51,632 bases of DNA, from NCBI GenBank assembly GCA_027923505.1, contig BROI01000027.1:372001-423632 (forward strand), written 5' to 3'. This stretch comes from Mayamaea pseudoterrestris. Lineage: Eukaryota. Below, piece after piece: positions 34,803-48,459 of this stretch; positions within the stretch are counted from its first letter, which is position 1; every line of letters starts with the position of its first letter. The notes beneath the pieces were generated by a model that saw only the letters and a program-made list of their open reading frames with translations, searched no databases and was not told where the DNA came from. The position numbers were made by a program, and so were the translations under genes.

Positions 34803-37800
34803 CTCCCCTCGGGTACGCTGCTCGTCGTAGCCGCATTCTTGTCCTTCACAATCGCATACGATGTATCGCCGCGCCAAAACAATACTGGCTTGAGCAATGG
34901 CATCGCATCACAGTACGGCAGGTACTTCGTCAGTACGTCCGCAATGTTCTCCTTTCCGTCAATCTTCACAAACTTGATAATCCCCGCAGCAACTGCCCAA
35001 CGAACACGATGGTAGGCCAACGCATTGTGTCGCTTGGACAATGTCAAACTTGGGATTGTAGATTGCGTAATCACTGCTTGGTTGTCTCCGTACATCCAGG
35101 CAGACTTCTCCAATGGTACGCCCATAGCCATGAGCGATGCACGTAGAGAAATGCTGATATCCGTTCCACTCTTTGCTACGCCGAATTCCGATCCGAAGGT
35201 CGCAGTCTCGACTGTAGCCTGGAGTTTGCAATGCCAGTCAACAGGCGTCTGGTTGACAAATGACAAAACTCCTTCCAATGACTTGCCTGTCACCATGCAA
35301 TGCATGAGACACGCATCCTCGAAAGTTGATGTTCGCACAGTCACACCCTTTGGCGGTGGGTAGACGTCCAACATCTCATCAACTCCGTCCTTCCCGTAAA
35401 CGCTGCGCTCCCAATCTTGTTCCTCCATGGTGCCGAAGTGCTCCTCGTTGGCTGGCCACCTGTACGGAAACGGATTGCTGCGTCCGGTAACTCTCGCAAA
35501 TATCCACAGACTCGCTTCACCCGCTGCAGGTGTCCCTTGCGCGGCTCCACACGGAATCGCGACAGACTCACAACTGCAACGGCAATGTCAAATCGTCCCA
35601 AAGTAATCGCCCACTGAAGTGCTCCGACTAGAGACTGGTAAATCTTCTTCTCTCGGTCGTTCAGTAGCTCGCTTTGGTCAAGTTCTGGATGGTCGTCTTT
35701 GTCGATTGGTGATGAGTACTTCTTCGGAGGACCTTCAAACAAACGCTCGTACTGCGCCAAGAGTTTCGCAACGTAGGTCTTGGCCGACCAGTAAAGGGTT
35801 CCGTCAGGGTCTCGTCCAAAGTCACCGCCGAGATGATACTCGGGATGTCCAACACCTTTGAGCTTAAACTTGTACTTCTCCTCTAGCATCTTGAAGAACG
35901 CTGCTGGATCGTCTGAAATATTCAACAGATCGTCGACCCATACACAGAGGTAGTCGTAGCTGTCGCCGGCGTCCTTGATCCACAGATCGGAATCGCAATA
36001 GGACGGCTTCCACCCTTCCGCAAGTAGGGCGTCGGCTAAGCGTTCATGAAATCGTGCTCCGCTCGTTCGCAATCCGTACAAAGCCTTGATGATGACCAGG
36101 ATGTGTCCTTCGCGCTCCCCGAACTTGGGGCCTCCAACGAAGTATACCTTCTCCTTGGTGAACGCTTCGAGGTAAGCATTCCCAATGTCACCGACCATGC
36201 ACTTCTTGCCGTTCGCTTCTCCAATGACGAGAGCTAGACGCATTGCCTTCAATGAGATAACACTGGAGTATGCATCGTCGTTGTCTTTCGTCATGTGGCC
36301 GCCTGCAACGAGACGTGCCTTGTATCGCAAATTGTGCTTGACATCGTACACAAAATGGACTCGGATCTTTTGGTAACCAGTTGGTGGTGTTGTGGTGGAA
36401 CTCGGACCAAGGTCTTGAAACGTCTTGTACTCGTCCAGGTTCGCAAGCTCCACGCCTTCCGCATCCGTCCACTTCGTGTGCCCTGCAGCTTCTTGTAGAC
36501 GACGCGCTTCCTTCCAGTCTCGGGGTACTTGGACTCCAAACTTGTAGCGCGGTCCGTTCTTCTGCTGCTCCATTCGGGCGGTCGCCACCTTGCGCGCAAC
36601 CTTCTTGGCGTTCCGGGCCCATCGATTCAACGATGTCCATCCGTCCTTGTCGAGAAGATTATGCTTTTGCGCGTAGGCTGCCACTGATACTTTGTCGCTT
36701 TCGATCATTGCGTTGAGAGGCTCCCAAGTCTTGGATCCATCGTCCCATTGTACAAGGACGTTCCACTTGGAGTGCTTCCAGTTCTTCGACTTGCTCGTCA
36801 GCGGACCCTGATGGTCTAGAATCTCCTTGAAGAACCATTTACGCTCAGGATTCGCCATGTCTTGGTTCACTTCGGCCTCGTAGAGATCGGAAACCTCGAC
36901 ATAGGACATGACTTCGTCCGCTTCGCCGTTACCAAGTTTCAGCATCATTTTAATGTTCTGATGGTTCTGGGCGTCGCGATTGTTCAGCTTGCTCATGACG
37001 GTCGCTCGAACTTCTTGCCCGTCGTCCGTCTTCATGAGAAACGACTTGCCGATAAGTTCATCGGGTGCATACTTCGGGAGTTTGCGCCACGGATTGATGT
37101 TCTTCTTCTTCGGCTTGTCGTCGTCGTCATCGGCAGGGTCGTCATCGGCAGGATTAGGATCTAGCTCCCCGTCGGTCATATCGTCATCTTCCGGGTATTC
37201 CACCGTCTCGACCAAAGGGGTATCGTCTTCGTCAGGAATGAAAGAATCATCGTCTCTGCTGTCGGCGTCGGTAATCTTCTTGATCATTTCCGGCATAAGG
37301 ATCTCGCCACCTAGACCAGGTACGGTATAGAGACGCGGCTCCCCTTCTTTCATGACTGGGGAAGCAGGTGCCGGTACGCGAAGGTTCAAAAATTTTGGGT
37401 CATTTCGGGGTAAGCAAACCGATCGCGTCATGATCTCGTGTGTCTCGCAATCGCAGATGAAGTACGTCAGGTCGTCTCCGCACGTCGTGTTGGGACCAAG
37501 CCAGTACGCCGCGCGCTGGCGGGTACCCGGGGCCTCGACATCCTTGACAAAGTAGTTGACAATTTCAAACCAACGAAAATGCAAATACTTCGACACGTCG
37601 GGGACTTGCCCAGTGATAAACTCGATGGGAGACTTGCCGTCCAAGGCAGGATGCGACAAATGACGGTACATCTCGGTCTGAAAGAGTAAAGCGCGTAGCC
37701 AGAAGCATGCCGGAGTGCCCGTTCGGTCCATAAGTCGTTCATGACTTTCCTTTACGTGCCCGATGATGCGCTCGGCTGGGTTTTGATTCTGATAGTACGG

Positions 37801-40634
37801 CTCCGATGTATGACGACGGCGAATCATGAACTCGCGCATTACTTCGTCAAACTCGGCACTCATCGCTTCTTTCGCATTATCCGAGAAGACTTCCAACGGA
37901 GCTCCAAACTCGCGGATGAAATCACGGAATCGTTTCGGTACGTCACCTTTCGTCCGCATGGGATACACGACAATGATCTGACTGCGACAACCATAGAATA
38001 GCTGCACGCATGTGCACCCTGCATGTCCGTCGATATGATCATCCATGGCTGGTTCGTCGAAGAACATGGTGTCATGGGCCACTCGATCATCTAGACGGTA
38101 GACGTTCAGGAATCGGCTCTTTCGATGCATTCGTGGGGGGTATCGGCGCTCGTGCATGTTGAACTGCGTGCTATGGCGCAAAGTATCCTTGATCGTCTGC
38201 GCCGGGTACCATGCAAAGTTCGGCAGCAATGCGTCGATATCAGGTTTCTTTGGCAGGATAGACTTGTAGGGCTGATAGACGAGATCCGCATTGTACTTCT
38301 GTACGACGGCACAAACATTCAGCTCCTTCTCGGTGTAAACAGGTTGATTGTCGTGTCCGAGATTCGTATAAGTCACGTTGCTCTGACGATGGGTGCGATT
38401 CCGCGTACGCGAACGTGTCACGCGCGTGAAGCCCTCTTCGTCGTCACTGTCTTCGTCGTCTTCGTCGCGCGACAACAAGTCCGGTACGTCGTCCTCGTCG
38501 TCATCGTCATCCGAAGAGTCATAGTCGTCGTCCTCGGTCGGCTCGACGTCAAACTCATTCGGATCCCAAGGCCCATCGAAGGTCATCATGACCCGAGGTA
38601 AGGTGTGAAGCTCATGCGCCGACACTGGAAACATTGGCAAGGTCGCCATGCCACTTTCCATTCCGAGCATAAACTTGTATCCGTCTGGCGTTTCGATTCG
38701 TAACTTGCCACCAAAGTTGTAATGCTTGTCGTTGACATGAAGTCCGAAGGCTTCCATCTGCATACTCGAATGAATCGTCTTGCCGGTTCCAGAATATGCG
38801 TAATTATGGAACTCGCCGACGACCCAACCCTTGGTGCTCTTAAGCTTGGCGACTGCTGTGACGGTAGACAGGTCCGGAAGTTTGAGACCACCGACTCCAG
38901 TGACTTCAATCTTGTGGAACTTGTCCTCGGTAAGGATGCGGCCGTCCGCTCCCCATACTCCGCCACTCGCGCCGCGATCGACAGTCGACGCTGAATGCTT
39001 ATCCAAGTCAATGCTCGCGACTTTGTACTTGCGACTCTGAGCAATATTTGCTCCCCGAGTCGTAGTCGTGGGCTGGTCTGGACCTAAGAAACTTCGCATC
39101 GCTGAGCCACGGCTGGTGTTGTTCACACGCTCGGTCGCCGCACTCGCCGTCGTTGCCGCTGATGAAGTGGCTGCGACGTTTGCGTTGCGTGTTGTACTCG
39201 TCGTCTGCGTGGTGCCTGCCTGTGTTGCTGATGTCGAACCACCTGCAGCACTGGCCGCTCGACTCGTACCACGGCGTTCAAACACTTCATGTTGCTGATC
39301 GCGGGTAAGGAGTCGCCACGTGTTTGGTGGAATCGTCGCATTCACGTCGCTGGGAATTTCGATCGTCTTCGTGTCGGCATAGCTGCGAACATACGAACGA
39401 GTATCTCCCCGACCGCGGCCGCCGCCGCCGCCTCGTCCCGTGCTCAAGTCGCCGCGACCACCGCCCCCCTGATTGGATTGCTGATTGTTGCTGCTACTTG
39501 GCGTAGACTGGGAATTGTTCGCGCTTGCCTTCTTCGTCTTCTCCTTCTCTTTCTTGGTCTGCTCAGATTGGTTCGCCTGACGCTTCTCGGTCTCCTTGAT
39601 GCCACGACGATTGTCAGATTGACGTGCGACGTCGTTCAGGAGGTTCCAAAACTGGGTGTACGCCATCGGGTTGCCGGTCTTGGACTCTTCGATCAGCGCC
39701 ATGTTCACCGCCGCTGCCATATCCGCATGGCGGAAAACCGCGCGCTCCAAAATCTGACGCTTCGTGCTTGCTGTAAGTAGCTCGGTTTCCTCGGCGTAGT
39801 CATTGTAGTTCTCTTCCTTGCTGGACCACTGGATAAGCCAATTGACGAGAGACTTGGCGTAACCCGCGTCGAGGGTGAAATTGCGCCATTCGTCTTCGGC
39901 CGAACGTAGATCCAACTTGCGCGCCATCCCGTCGAGGAATGTCGCCTCCAACTCTGCAATGCACGCTGAGGCATTCGCGCTGTCGATGTGCTTGCGGACA
40001 ATGAGCTTGCTCTGCGGTGTCTTGCAGGTATACTCGAGCGCCGCTAAAAGCTTCGAACACTGATACTGATACTCGGCGAATTCGGGCTCGAGTGCAGCTG
40101 GTGCCTTGAACTCGTCGTCCCAAAAGTAGCCAAGTCGCTCGCTTCGCATGCGGTTCTTGAAGGCCCGCCAGTAGGAGCAGAACTTGCGATCGTTCTTGAG
40201 CTCCAGCATGGTCTTCAGATCCAGCTTGATGTCGTGTCGCTTCGTCGTGGTGTCGTTGCCTCCGATAACGCTGAAGTCTCCGAAACTGCGGTTGCCTGCG
40301 GTTGGTGACCCCGGTGCTACTGGGAGGTCTCGGCTCGTAATGTGGTCTTTCTCCAAGTCTTGCCATTGCGCAGTCGTCCGACGTTGCTCGTGAATCCAAC
40401 TCATGAGCTTGCGCAATCGGCTTGTTCGTATCGTCGACCTATGGTACTGGGTCTTAATGTCGTCACGTCTTGTTCCAACAACTCGGCCATCGCCTCCGCA
40501 GTCGTGAGTTCTTCGGATTCAAAGCATACTGCGGTAGGCTCGTTTGGATCCCAAGTTGCGGACGCTGCAAGCCACGGAATGTCAAAGACTTTACCGACGG
40601 CACGCTTGTAGGTCGTTACATCAATTGTCGCCAT
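34757..40634 (-). CDS. Near-intact B-family gag-pol (gag, PR, IN, chromodomain-like, RT, RNase H) with single-base frameshifts near 40416 and 35460
   Basis: 1691-aa ORF with TVDRGASGG, SDNAKE, SEPYYQNQNPAE, VQWDDGSKTWEPL, KALYGL, VWVDD; flanking 77-aa and 223-aa ORFs supply the two ends. Confidence 0.92.
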
Positions 40635-40731
40635 GGTGGAGGTTGATCAGAGGAATCGGACTCGCTGCAGACGAATGTGTCACGATAGCTCCCTTGCTTG
40701 TTCTTGCTCTCAAAGCACTGAAATGTTAATC

Positions 40732-41126
40732 TAACACCGATGACGATTTCGCAGTCAACGTCATACCTCCAAAAAGCTCCGATACAGGGTCCTTGGCCAT
40801 GGTCTGTACAGCTCTTGATGGAGATGGCTCATCGAATAGTCTTGCGCTCGCCACTACACGAATACGACTGCACTCTCGTCGCAAACTTGTAGTTCTATAT
40901 TGTGAGCTTATCGCTACATCGCTACATTGACCACTCGGAAGATCATCCGATCAATCCGTTTCTTTCAATCACATTACATCAGTTGTAATCAGTCGTTCCA
41001 TTCATACAACGCATCCACACGACGGTTGCGCACTTTCTTCATTCACATGTCACATACGACAGCTGCGGACTCGACACAAGCTAATTAGTGTTTGGGCTCT
41101 TGACTTTGCCGCTCTGCGACTTGTCA
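40732..41126 (-). repeat. B-family LTR c (duplicate of LTR d)
   Basis: Shares all private variants of 46199-46593. Confidence 0.93.
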
Positions 41127-41129
41127 CTC

Positions 41130-44100
41130 AGTAGCTCGCTTTGGTCAAGTTCTGGATGGTCGTCTTTGTCGATTGGTGATGAGTACTTCTTCGGAGGACC
41201 TTCAAACAAACGCTCGTACTGCGCCAAGAGTTTCGCAACGTAGGTCTTGGCCGACCAGTAAAGGGTTCCGTCAGGGTCTCGTCCAAAGTCACCGCCGAGA
41301 TGATACTCGGGATGTCCAACACCTTTGAGCTTAAACTTGTACTTCTCCTCTAGCATCTTGAAGAACGCTGCTGGATCGTCTGAAATATTCAACAGATCGT
41401 CGACCCATACACAGAGGTAGTCGTAGCTGTCGCCGGCGTCCTTGATCCACAGATCGGAATCGCAATAGGACGGCTTCCACCCTTCCGCAAGTAGGGCGTC
41501 GGCTAAGCGTTCATGAAATCGTGCTCCGCTCGTTCGCAATCCGTACAAAGCCTTGATGATGACCAGGATGTGTCCTTCGCGCTCCCCGAACTTGGGGCCT
41601 CCAACGAAGTATACCTTCTCCTTGGTGAACGCTTCGAGGTAAGCATTCCCAATGTCACCGACCATGCACTTCTTGCCGTTCGCTTCTCCAATGACGAGAG
41701 CTAGACGCATTGCCTTCAATGAGATAACACTGGAGTATGCATCGTCGTTGTCTTTCGTCATGTGGCCGCCTGCAACGAGACGTGCCTTGTATCGCAAATT
41801 GTGCTTGACATCGTACACAAAATGGACTCGGATCTTTTGGTAACCAGTTGGTGGTGTTGTGGTGGAACTCGGACCAAGGTCTTGAAACGTCTTGTACTCG
41901 TCCAGGTTCGCAAGCTCCACGCCTTCCGCATCCGTCCACTTCGTGTGCCCTGCAGCTTCTTGTAGACGACGCGCTTCCTTCCAGTCTCGGGGTACTTGGA
42001 CTCCAAACTTGTAGCGCGGTCCGTTCTTCTGCTGCTCCATTCGGGCGGTCGCCACCTTGCGCGCAACCTTCTTGGCGTTCCGGGCCCATCGATTCAACGA
42101 TGTCCATCCGTCCTTGTCGAGAAGATTATGCTTTTGCGCGTAGGCTGCCACTGATACTTTGTCGCTTTCGATCATTGCGTTGAGAGGCTCCCAAGTCTTG
42201 GATCCATCGTCCCATTGTACAAGGACGTTCCACTTGGAGTGCTTCCAGTTCTTCGACTTGCTCGTCAGCGGACCCTGATGGTCTAGAATCTCCTTGAAGA
42301 ACCATTTACGCTCAGGATTCGCCATGTCTTGGTTCACTTCGGCCTCGTAGAGATCGGAAACCTCGACATAGGACATGACTTCGTCCGCTTCGCCGTTACC
42401 AAGTTTCAGCATCATTTTAATGTTCTGATGGTTCTGGGCGTCGCGATTGTTCAGCTTGCTCATGACGGTCGCTCGAACTTCTTGCCCGTCGTCCGTCTTC
42501 ATGAGAAACGACTTGCCGATAAGTTCATCGGGTGCATACTTCGGGAGTTTGCGCCACGGATTGATGTTCTTCTTCTTCGGCTTGTCGTCGTCGTCATCGG
42601 CAGGGTCGTCATCGGCAGGATTAGGATCTAGCTCCCCGTCGGTCATATCGTCATCTTCCGGGTATTCCACCGTCTCGACCAAAGGGGTATCGTCTTCGTC
42701 AGGAATGAAAGAATCATCGTCTCTGCTGTCGGCGTCGGTAATCTTCTTGATCATTTCCGGCATAAGGATCTCGCCACCTAGACCAGGTACGGTATAGAGA
42801 CGCGGCTCCCCTTCTTTCATGACTGGGGAAGCAGGTGCCGGTACGCGAAGGTTCAAAAATTTTGGGTCATTTCGGGGTAAGCAAACCGATCGCGTCATGA
42901 TCTCGTGTGTCTCGCAATCGCAGATGAAGTACGTCAGGTCGTCTCCGCACGTCGTGTTGGGACCAAGCCAGTACGCCGCGCGCTGGCGGGTACCCGGGGC
43001 CTCGACATCCTTGACAAAGTAGTTGACAATTTCAAACCAACGAAAATGCAAATACTTCGACACGTCGGGGACTTGCCCAGTGATAAACTCGATGGGAGAC
43101 TTGCCGTCCAAGGCAGGATGCGACAAATGACGGTACATCTCGGTCTGAAAGAGTAAAGCGCGTAGCCAGAAGCATGCCGGAGTGCCCGTTCGGTCCATAA
43201 GTCGTTCATGACTTTCCTTTACGTGCCCGATGATGCGCTCGGCTGGGTTTTGATTCTGATAGTACGGCTCCGATGTATGACGACGGCGAATCATGAACTC
43301 GCGCATTACTTCGTCAAACTCGGCACTCATCGCTTCTTTCGCATTATCCGAGAAGACTTCCAACGGAGCTCCAAACTCGCGGATGAAATCACGGAATCGT
43401 TTCGGTACGTCACCTTTCGTCCGCATGGGATACACGACAATGATCTGACTGCGACAACCATAGAATAGCTGCACGCATGTGCACCCTGCATGTCCGTCGA
43501 TATGATCATCCATGGCTGGTTCGTCGAAGAACATGGTGTCATGGGCCACTCGATCATCTAGACGGTAGACGTTCAGGAATCGGCTCTTTCGATGCATTCG
43601 TGGGGGGTATCGGCGCTCGTGCATGTTGAACTGCGTGCTATGGCGCAAAGTATCCTTGATCGTCTGCGCCGGGTACCATGCAAAGTTCGGCAGCAATGCG
43701 TCGATATCAGGTTTCTTTGGCAGGATAGACTTGTAGGGCTGATAGACGAGATCCGCATTGTACTTCTGTACGACGGCACAAACATTCAGCTCCTTCTCGG
43801 TGTAAACAGGTTGATTGTCGTGTCCGAGATTCGTATAAGTCACGTTGCTCTGACGATGGGTGCGATTCCGCGTACGCGAACGTGTCACGCGCGTGAAGCC
43901 CTCTTCGTCGTCACTGTCTTCGTCGTCTTCGTCGCGCGACAACAAGTCCGGTACGTCGTCCTCGTCGTCATCGTCATCCGAAGAGTCATAGTCGTCGTCC
44001 TCGGTCGGCTCGACGTCAAACTCATTCGGATCCCAAGGCCCATCGAAGGTCATCATGACCCGAGGTAAGGTGTGAAGCTCATGCGCCGACACTGGAAACA

Positions 44101-46101
44101 TTGGCAAGGTCGCCATGCCACTTTCCATTCCGAGCATAAACTTGTATCCGTCTGGCGTTTCGATTCGTAACTTGCCACCAAAGTTGTAATGCTTGTCGTT
44201 GACATGAAGTCCGAAGGCTTCCATCTGCATACTCGAATGAATCGTCTTGCCGGTTCCAGAATATGCGTAATTATGGAACTCGCCGACGACCCAACCCTTG
44301 GTGCTCTTAAGCTTGGCGACTGCTGTGACGGTAGACAGGTCCGGAAGTTTGAGACCACCGACTCCAGTGACTTCAATCTTGTGGAACTTGTCCTCGGTAA
44401 GGATGCGGCCGTCCGCTCCCCATACTCCGCCACTCGCGCCGCGATCGACAGTCGACGCTGAATGCTTATCCAAGTCAATGCTCGCGACTTTGTACTTGCG
44501 ACTCTGAGCAATATTTGCTCCCCGAGTCGTAGTCGTGGGCTGGTCTGGACCTAAGAAACTTCGCATCGCTGAGCCACGGCTGGTGTTGTTCACACGCTCG
44601 GTCGCCGCACTCGCCGTCGTTGCCGCTGATGAAGTGGCTGCGACGTTTGCGTTGCGTGTTGTACTCGTCGTCTGCGTGGTGCCTGCCTGTGTTGCTGATG
44701 TCGAACCACCTGCAGCACTGGCCGCTCGACTCGTACCACGGCGTTCAAACACTTCATGTTGCTGATCGCGGGTAAGGAGTCGCCACGTGTTTGGTGGAAT
44801 CGTCGCATTCACGTCGCTGGGAATTTCGATCGTCTTCGTGTCGGCATAGCTGCGAACATACGAACGAGTATCTCCCCGACCGCGGCCGCCGCCGCCGCCT
44901 CGTCCCGTGCTCAAGTCGCCGCGACCACCGCCCCCCTGATTGGATTGCTGATTGTTGCTGCTACTTGGCGTAGACTGGGAATTGTTCGCGCTTGCCTTCT
45001 TCGTCTTCTCCTTCTCTTTCTTGGTCTGCTCAGATTGGTTCGCCTGACGCTTCTCGGTCTCCTTGATGCCACGACGATTGTCAGATTGACGTGCGACGTC
45101 GTTCAGGAGGTTCCAAAACTGGGTGTACGCCATCGGGTTGCCGGTCTTGGACTCTTCGATCAGCGCCATGTTCACCGCCGCTGCCATATCCGCATGGCGG
45201 AAAACCGCGCGCTCCAAAATCTGACGCTTCGTGCTTGCTGTAAGTAGCTCGGTTTCCTCGGCGTAGTCATTGTAGTTCTCTTCCTTGCTGGACCACTGGA
45301 TAAGCCAATTGACGAGAGACTTGGCGTAACCCGCGTCGAGGGTGAAATTGCGCCATTCGTCTTCGGCCGAACGTAGATCCAACTTGCGCGCCATCCCGTC
45401 GAGGAATGTCGCCTCCAACTCTGCAATGCACGCTGAGGCATTCGCGCTGTCGATGTGCTTGCGGACAATGAGCTTGCTCTGCGGTGTCTTGCAGGTATAC
45501 TCGAGCGCCGCTAAAAGCTTCGAACACTGATACTGATACTCGGCGAATTCGGGCTCGAGTGCAGCTGGTGCCTTGAACTCGTCGTCCCAAAAGTAGCCAA
45601 GTCGCTCGCTTCGCATGCGGTTCTTGAAGGCCCGCCAGTAGGAGCAGAACTTGCGATCGTTCTTGAGCTCCAGCATGGTCTTCAGATCCAGCTTGATGTC
45701 GTGTCGCTTCGTCGTGGTGTCGTTGCCTCCGATAACGCTGAAGTCTCCGAAACTGCGGTTGCCTGCGGTTGGTGACCCCGGTGCTACTGGGAGGTCTCGG
45801 CTCGTAATGTGGTCTTTCTCCAAGTCTTGCCATTGCGCAGTCGTCCGACGTTGCTCGTGAATCCAACTCATGAGCTTGCGCAATCGGCTTGTTCGTATCG
45901 TCGACCTATGGTACTGGGTCTTAATGTCGTCACGTCTTGTTCCAACAACTCGGCCATCGCCTCCGCAGTCGTGAGTTCTTCGGATTCAAAGCATACTGCG
46001 GTAGGCTCGTTTGGATCCCAAGTTGCGGACGCTGCAAGCCACGGAATGTCAAAGACTTTACCGACGGCACGCTTGTAGGTCGTTACATCAATTGTCGCCA
46101 T
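41130..46101 (-). pseudogene. B gag-pol truncated in RT at the AGTAG site; continuation lies at 30582-29671
   Basis: 1600-aa ORF 41081..45883 identical to the other copy up to ELDQSELL, then reads into LTR c. Confidence 0.92.
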
Positions 46102-46198
46102 GGTGGAGGTTGATCAGAGGAATCGGACTCGCTGCAGACGAATGTGTCACGATAGCTCCCTTGCTTGTTCTTGCTCTCAAAGCACTGAAATGTTAATC

Positions 46199-46593
46199 TA
46201 ACACCGATGACGATTTCGCAGTCAACGTCATACCTCCAAAAAGCTCCGATACAGGGTCCTTGGCCATGGTCTGTACAGCTCTTGATGGAGATGGCTCATC
46301 GAATAGTCTTGCGCTCGCCACTACACGAATACGACTGCACTCTCGTCGCAAACTTGTAGTTCTATATTGTGAGCTTATCGCTACATCGCTACATTGACCA
46401 CTCGGAAGATCATCCGATCAATCCGTTTCTTTCAATCACATTACATCAGTTGTAATCAGTCGTTCCATTCATACAACGCATCCACACGACGGTTGCGCAC
46501 TTTCTTCATTCACATGTCACATACGACAGCTGCGGACTCGACACAAGCTAATTAGTGTTTGGGCTCTTGACTTTGCCGCTCTGCGACTTGTCA
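46199..46593 (-). repeat. B-family LTR d (5' LTR)
   Basis: 395 bp; followed by TSD CTCGA; internal region starts GATTAACA. Confidence 0.93.
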
Positions 46594-47484
46594 CTCGACA
46601 AGGACGACCATCCTGAGTTGGATCAGTCGCCATTACTGCGTGCCGATGGAATCAAGATGTATCAATTGCTCGTTGGAGCGCTGCAGTGGGCAATTACTTT
46701 GGCACGATTTGATATCGCATGCGGAGTTGCTTGCTTATCTCGCTTTCGAGTGGAGCCTCGTGAGGGGCATCTTGATCGAGTCAGGCGCGTCTGTGGCTAC
46801 TTGCGTAATCATCCTGACGCTGTGATTCGCTTTCGTGTTAACTGGCCTGAAAACGAGGCAATCTTTGGAGAGCAACCCGAGTCTGATTGGATGTATAGCG
46901 TCTACGGGGAGCCCGCGGAGGATGAGCTTGCTTTATATCCTCCACCAAAGGGAAGAATGGTGCGTCTGATGACATGGAAAGATGCCAATTTAATGCACTG
47001 CAAAGTAACTGGCAAATCTTGCAGCGGCATTCTTCATTTCATGAACCAAACGCCCGTCAAGTGGTTCTCCAAGTTACAAGATACAGTGGAGGCGGCAACG
47101 TTTGGATCTGAGTCAATGAGTGGATGCATTGCTACCGACCATATCATCGGGATGCGCGCGTCGCTCAAAGCGATGGGTGTGCCTATAGAGAAGACCAGCT
47201 GGATGCTTGGAGACAACCAGTCGGTAATCACTCAAAGCACAGTCCCTAGCTCAACACTTACAAAGCGTCACAATGCTCTGGCCTACCATCGGATTCGCTG
47301 GGCGGTGGCGACTAAGGTAATCAAGTTCGTCAAGGTCAACGGTAAGGAAAACGTCGCAGACCCTCTGACCAAGTACATGAATTACACTGACAGTGAGTCA
47401 ATGCCTTTGATCAAGCCTCTGTTATTCTGGAGAGGAGAGACTTTGATTGAAGGAGATTTGGGAGCTGGCAGCCGATCTGCTTAA
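46594..47484 (+). pseudogene. Element A RT C-terminus and RNase H
   Basis: LDKDDHPELD...VGALQW...TFGSE...GDNQSV...KRHNALAYHR...ENVADPLTK; in frame with 24187-29321 after removing B. Confidence 0.93.
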
Positions 47485-47490
47485 GCGGAG

Positions 47491-47844
47491 TGTCAGCCGA
47501 TTACATGATTGAATACTCGAATGCTCTTGTCGCATGCGACATGAGCTATGCATCAATACCTGGCTCGTGTGTGAATCGCCTGTTAATTAAGGACGATCGC
47601 CTGTTGGATCTATTCAACGGGAGCACATGGACAGTTACATACAAATTTAGTGGACGCTACAGGATTAGATGACTGTAGCGGGTAACTCACTTTCTATAGT
47701 ATCACGTTGTTTTACCGACGTTGTAGATTGTGCCTCTTGCAATACGAGAGCAGTAAAGGAGAAGTGCACATCTCTGGTCTGCTTAAGGATTGTACAGAGG
47801 ATTGAAGACCACTGTCGAGCATCTTGCAAAGAGGCCATGTGACA
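47491..47844 (+). repeat. Element A 3' LTR
   Basis: Matches 23674-24027; preceded by AAGCGGAG; followed by TSD GAGCC. Confidence 0.95.
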
Positions 47845-48459
47845 GAGCCTTTTTGGCATTGCAAAACCCTCATGGTGATTTCACATGATGATTGGCGTTT
47901 TGTGATGATTGGTAGAAGAAAATTAGTGGATATGTCACAGGTATGATTTGGAGAAGAAAAAGGGATACATGAACAAACATTAATGGATGGTTGTTTGACA
48001 CTTTGGTGAAAGACGTCAGCGTTCAAGTAGAGTTTACAAACCTCATGCTGACTGAAAACAACTGGAATGAGATCCAAGGAGTGGGAAAGTACATCATGCA
48101 AAGTGCCCATAGGCTTTCAGGAGCTTCTCTCTGCGATGGTCTTTGATATATCTGCCGCATTGGTCGATTTCTTCTTCGCAAATCGAATCGAGTTGCTTGC
48201 GACCAATTTTGGCGAGCGCGTGACGCATCGATGACGTCAGCAGATTGGAGCCTGCGCCGCGATTCACGTTTGAAGCAAACGCAGCCATCATCATCACACA
48301 CGACGACGATCTGCCTCCAACCTGCGACAAACCTGCCGAACGGATCCTTTTTCCGATATTCATAACATCATGAGGCATTTATAAAGTTGAAAAGCGACGC
48401 TACAGCTACAGCAGTGCAATCTTGTATATATTAAATAATTTAGCAGCTATCACTGTAAC

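Larger units (their letters stand above)
29322..46593 (-). mobile_element. Copia (CoDi-like) element B nested in A in opposite orientation, itself interrupted and partly duplicated
   Basis: 395-bp LTRs; TSD CTCGA at 29317-29321 and 46594-46598; removing B restores SSPLDKDDHPELD in A. Confidence 0.93.
35661..46596. repeat. Apparently identical tandem duplication, period 5467 bp
   Basis: All ORFs recur at +5467; junction TTGTCAC-TC-AGTAG with 2-bp microhomology at 41128-41129. Confidence 0.95.
23674..47844 (+). mobile_element. Copia (CoDi-like) LTR retrotransposon A, outer element of the nest
   Basis: 354-bp TG...CA LTRs; TSD GAGCC at 23669-23673 and 47845-47849; PR-IN-RT-RH order. Confidence 0.95.

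Noticed and set aside
40401..40420. Programmed frameshift near the start of B gag
   Set aside because: No slippery heptamer; one missing base in GCC(C)GA restores EQARLRKL; the two copies are not independent evidence
48094..48378. 94-aa minus-strand ORF divergent from the IQ gene
   Set aside because: No recognisable motif or paralog; cannot be supported from sequence alone
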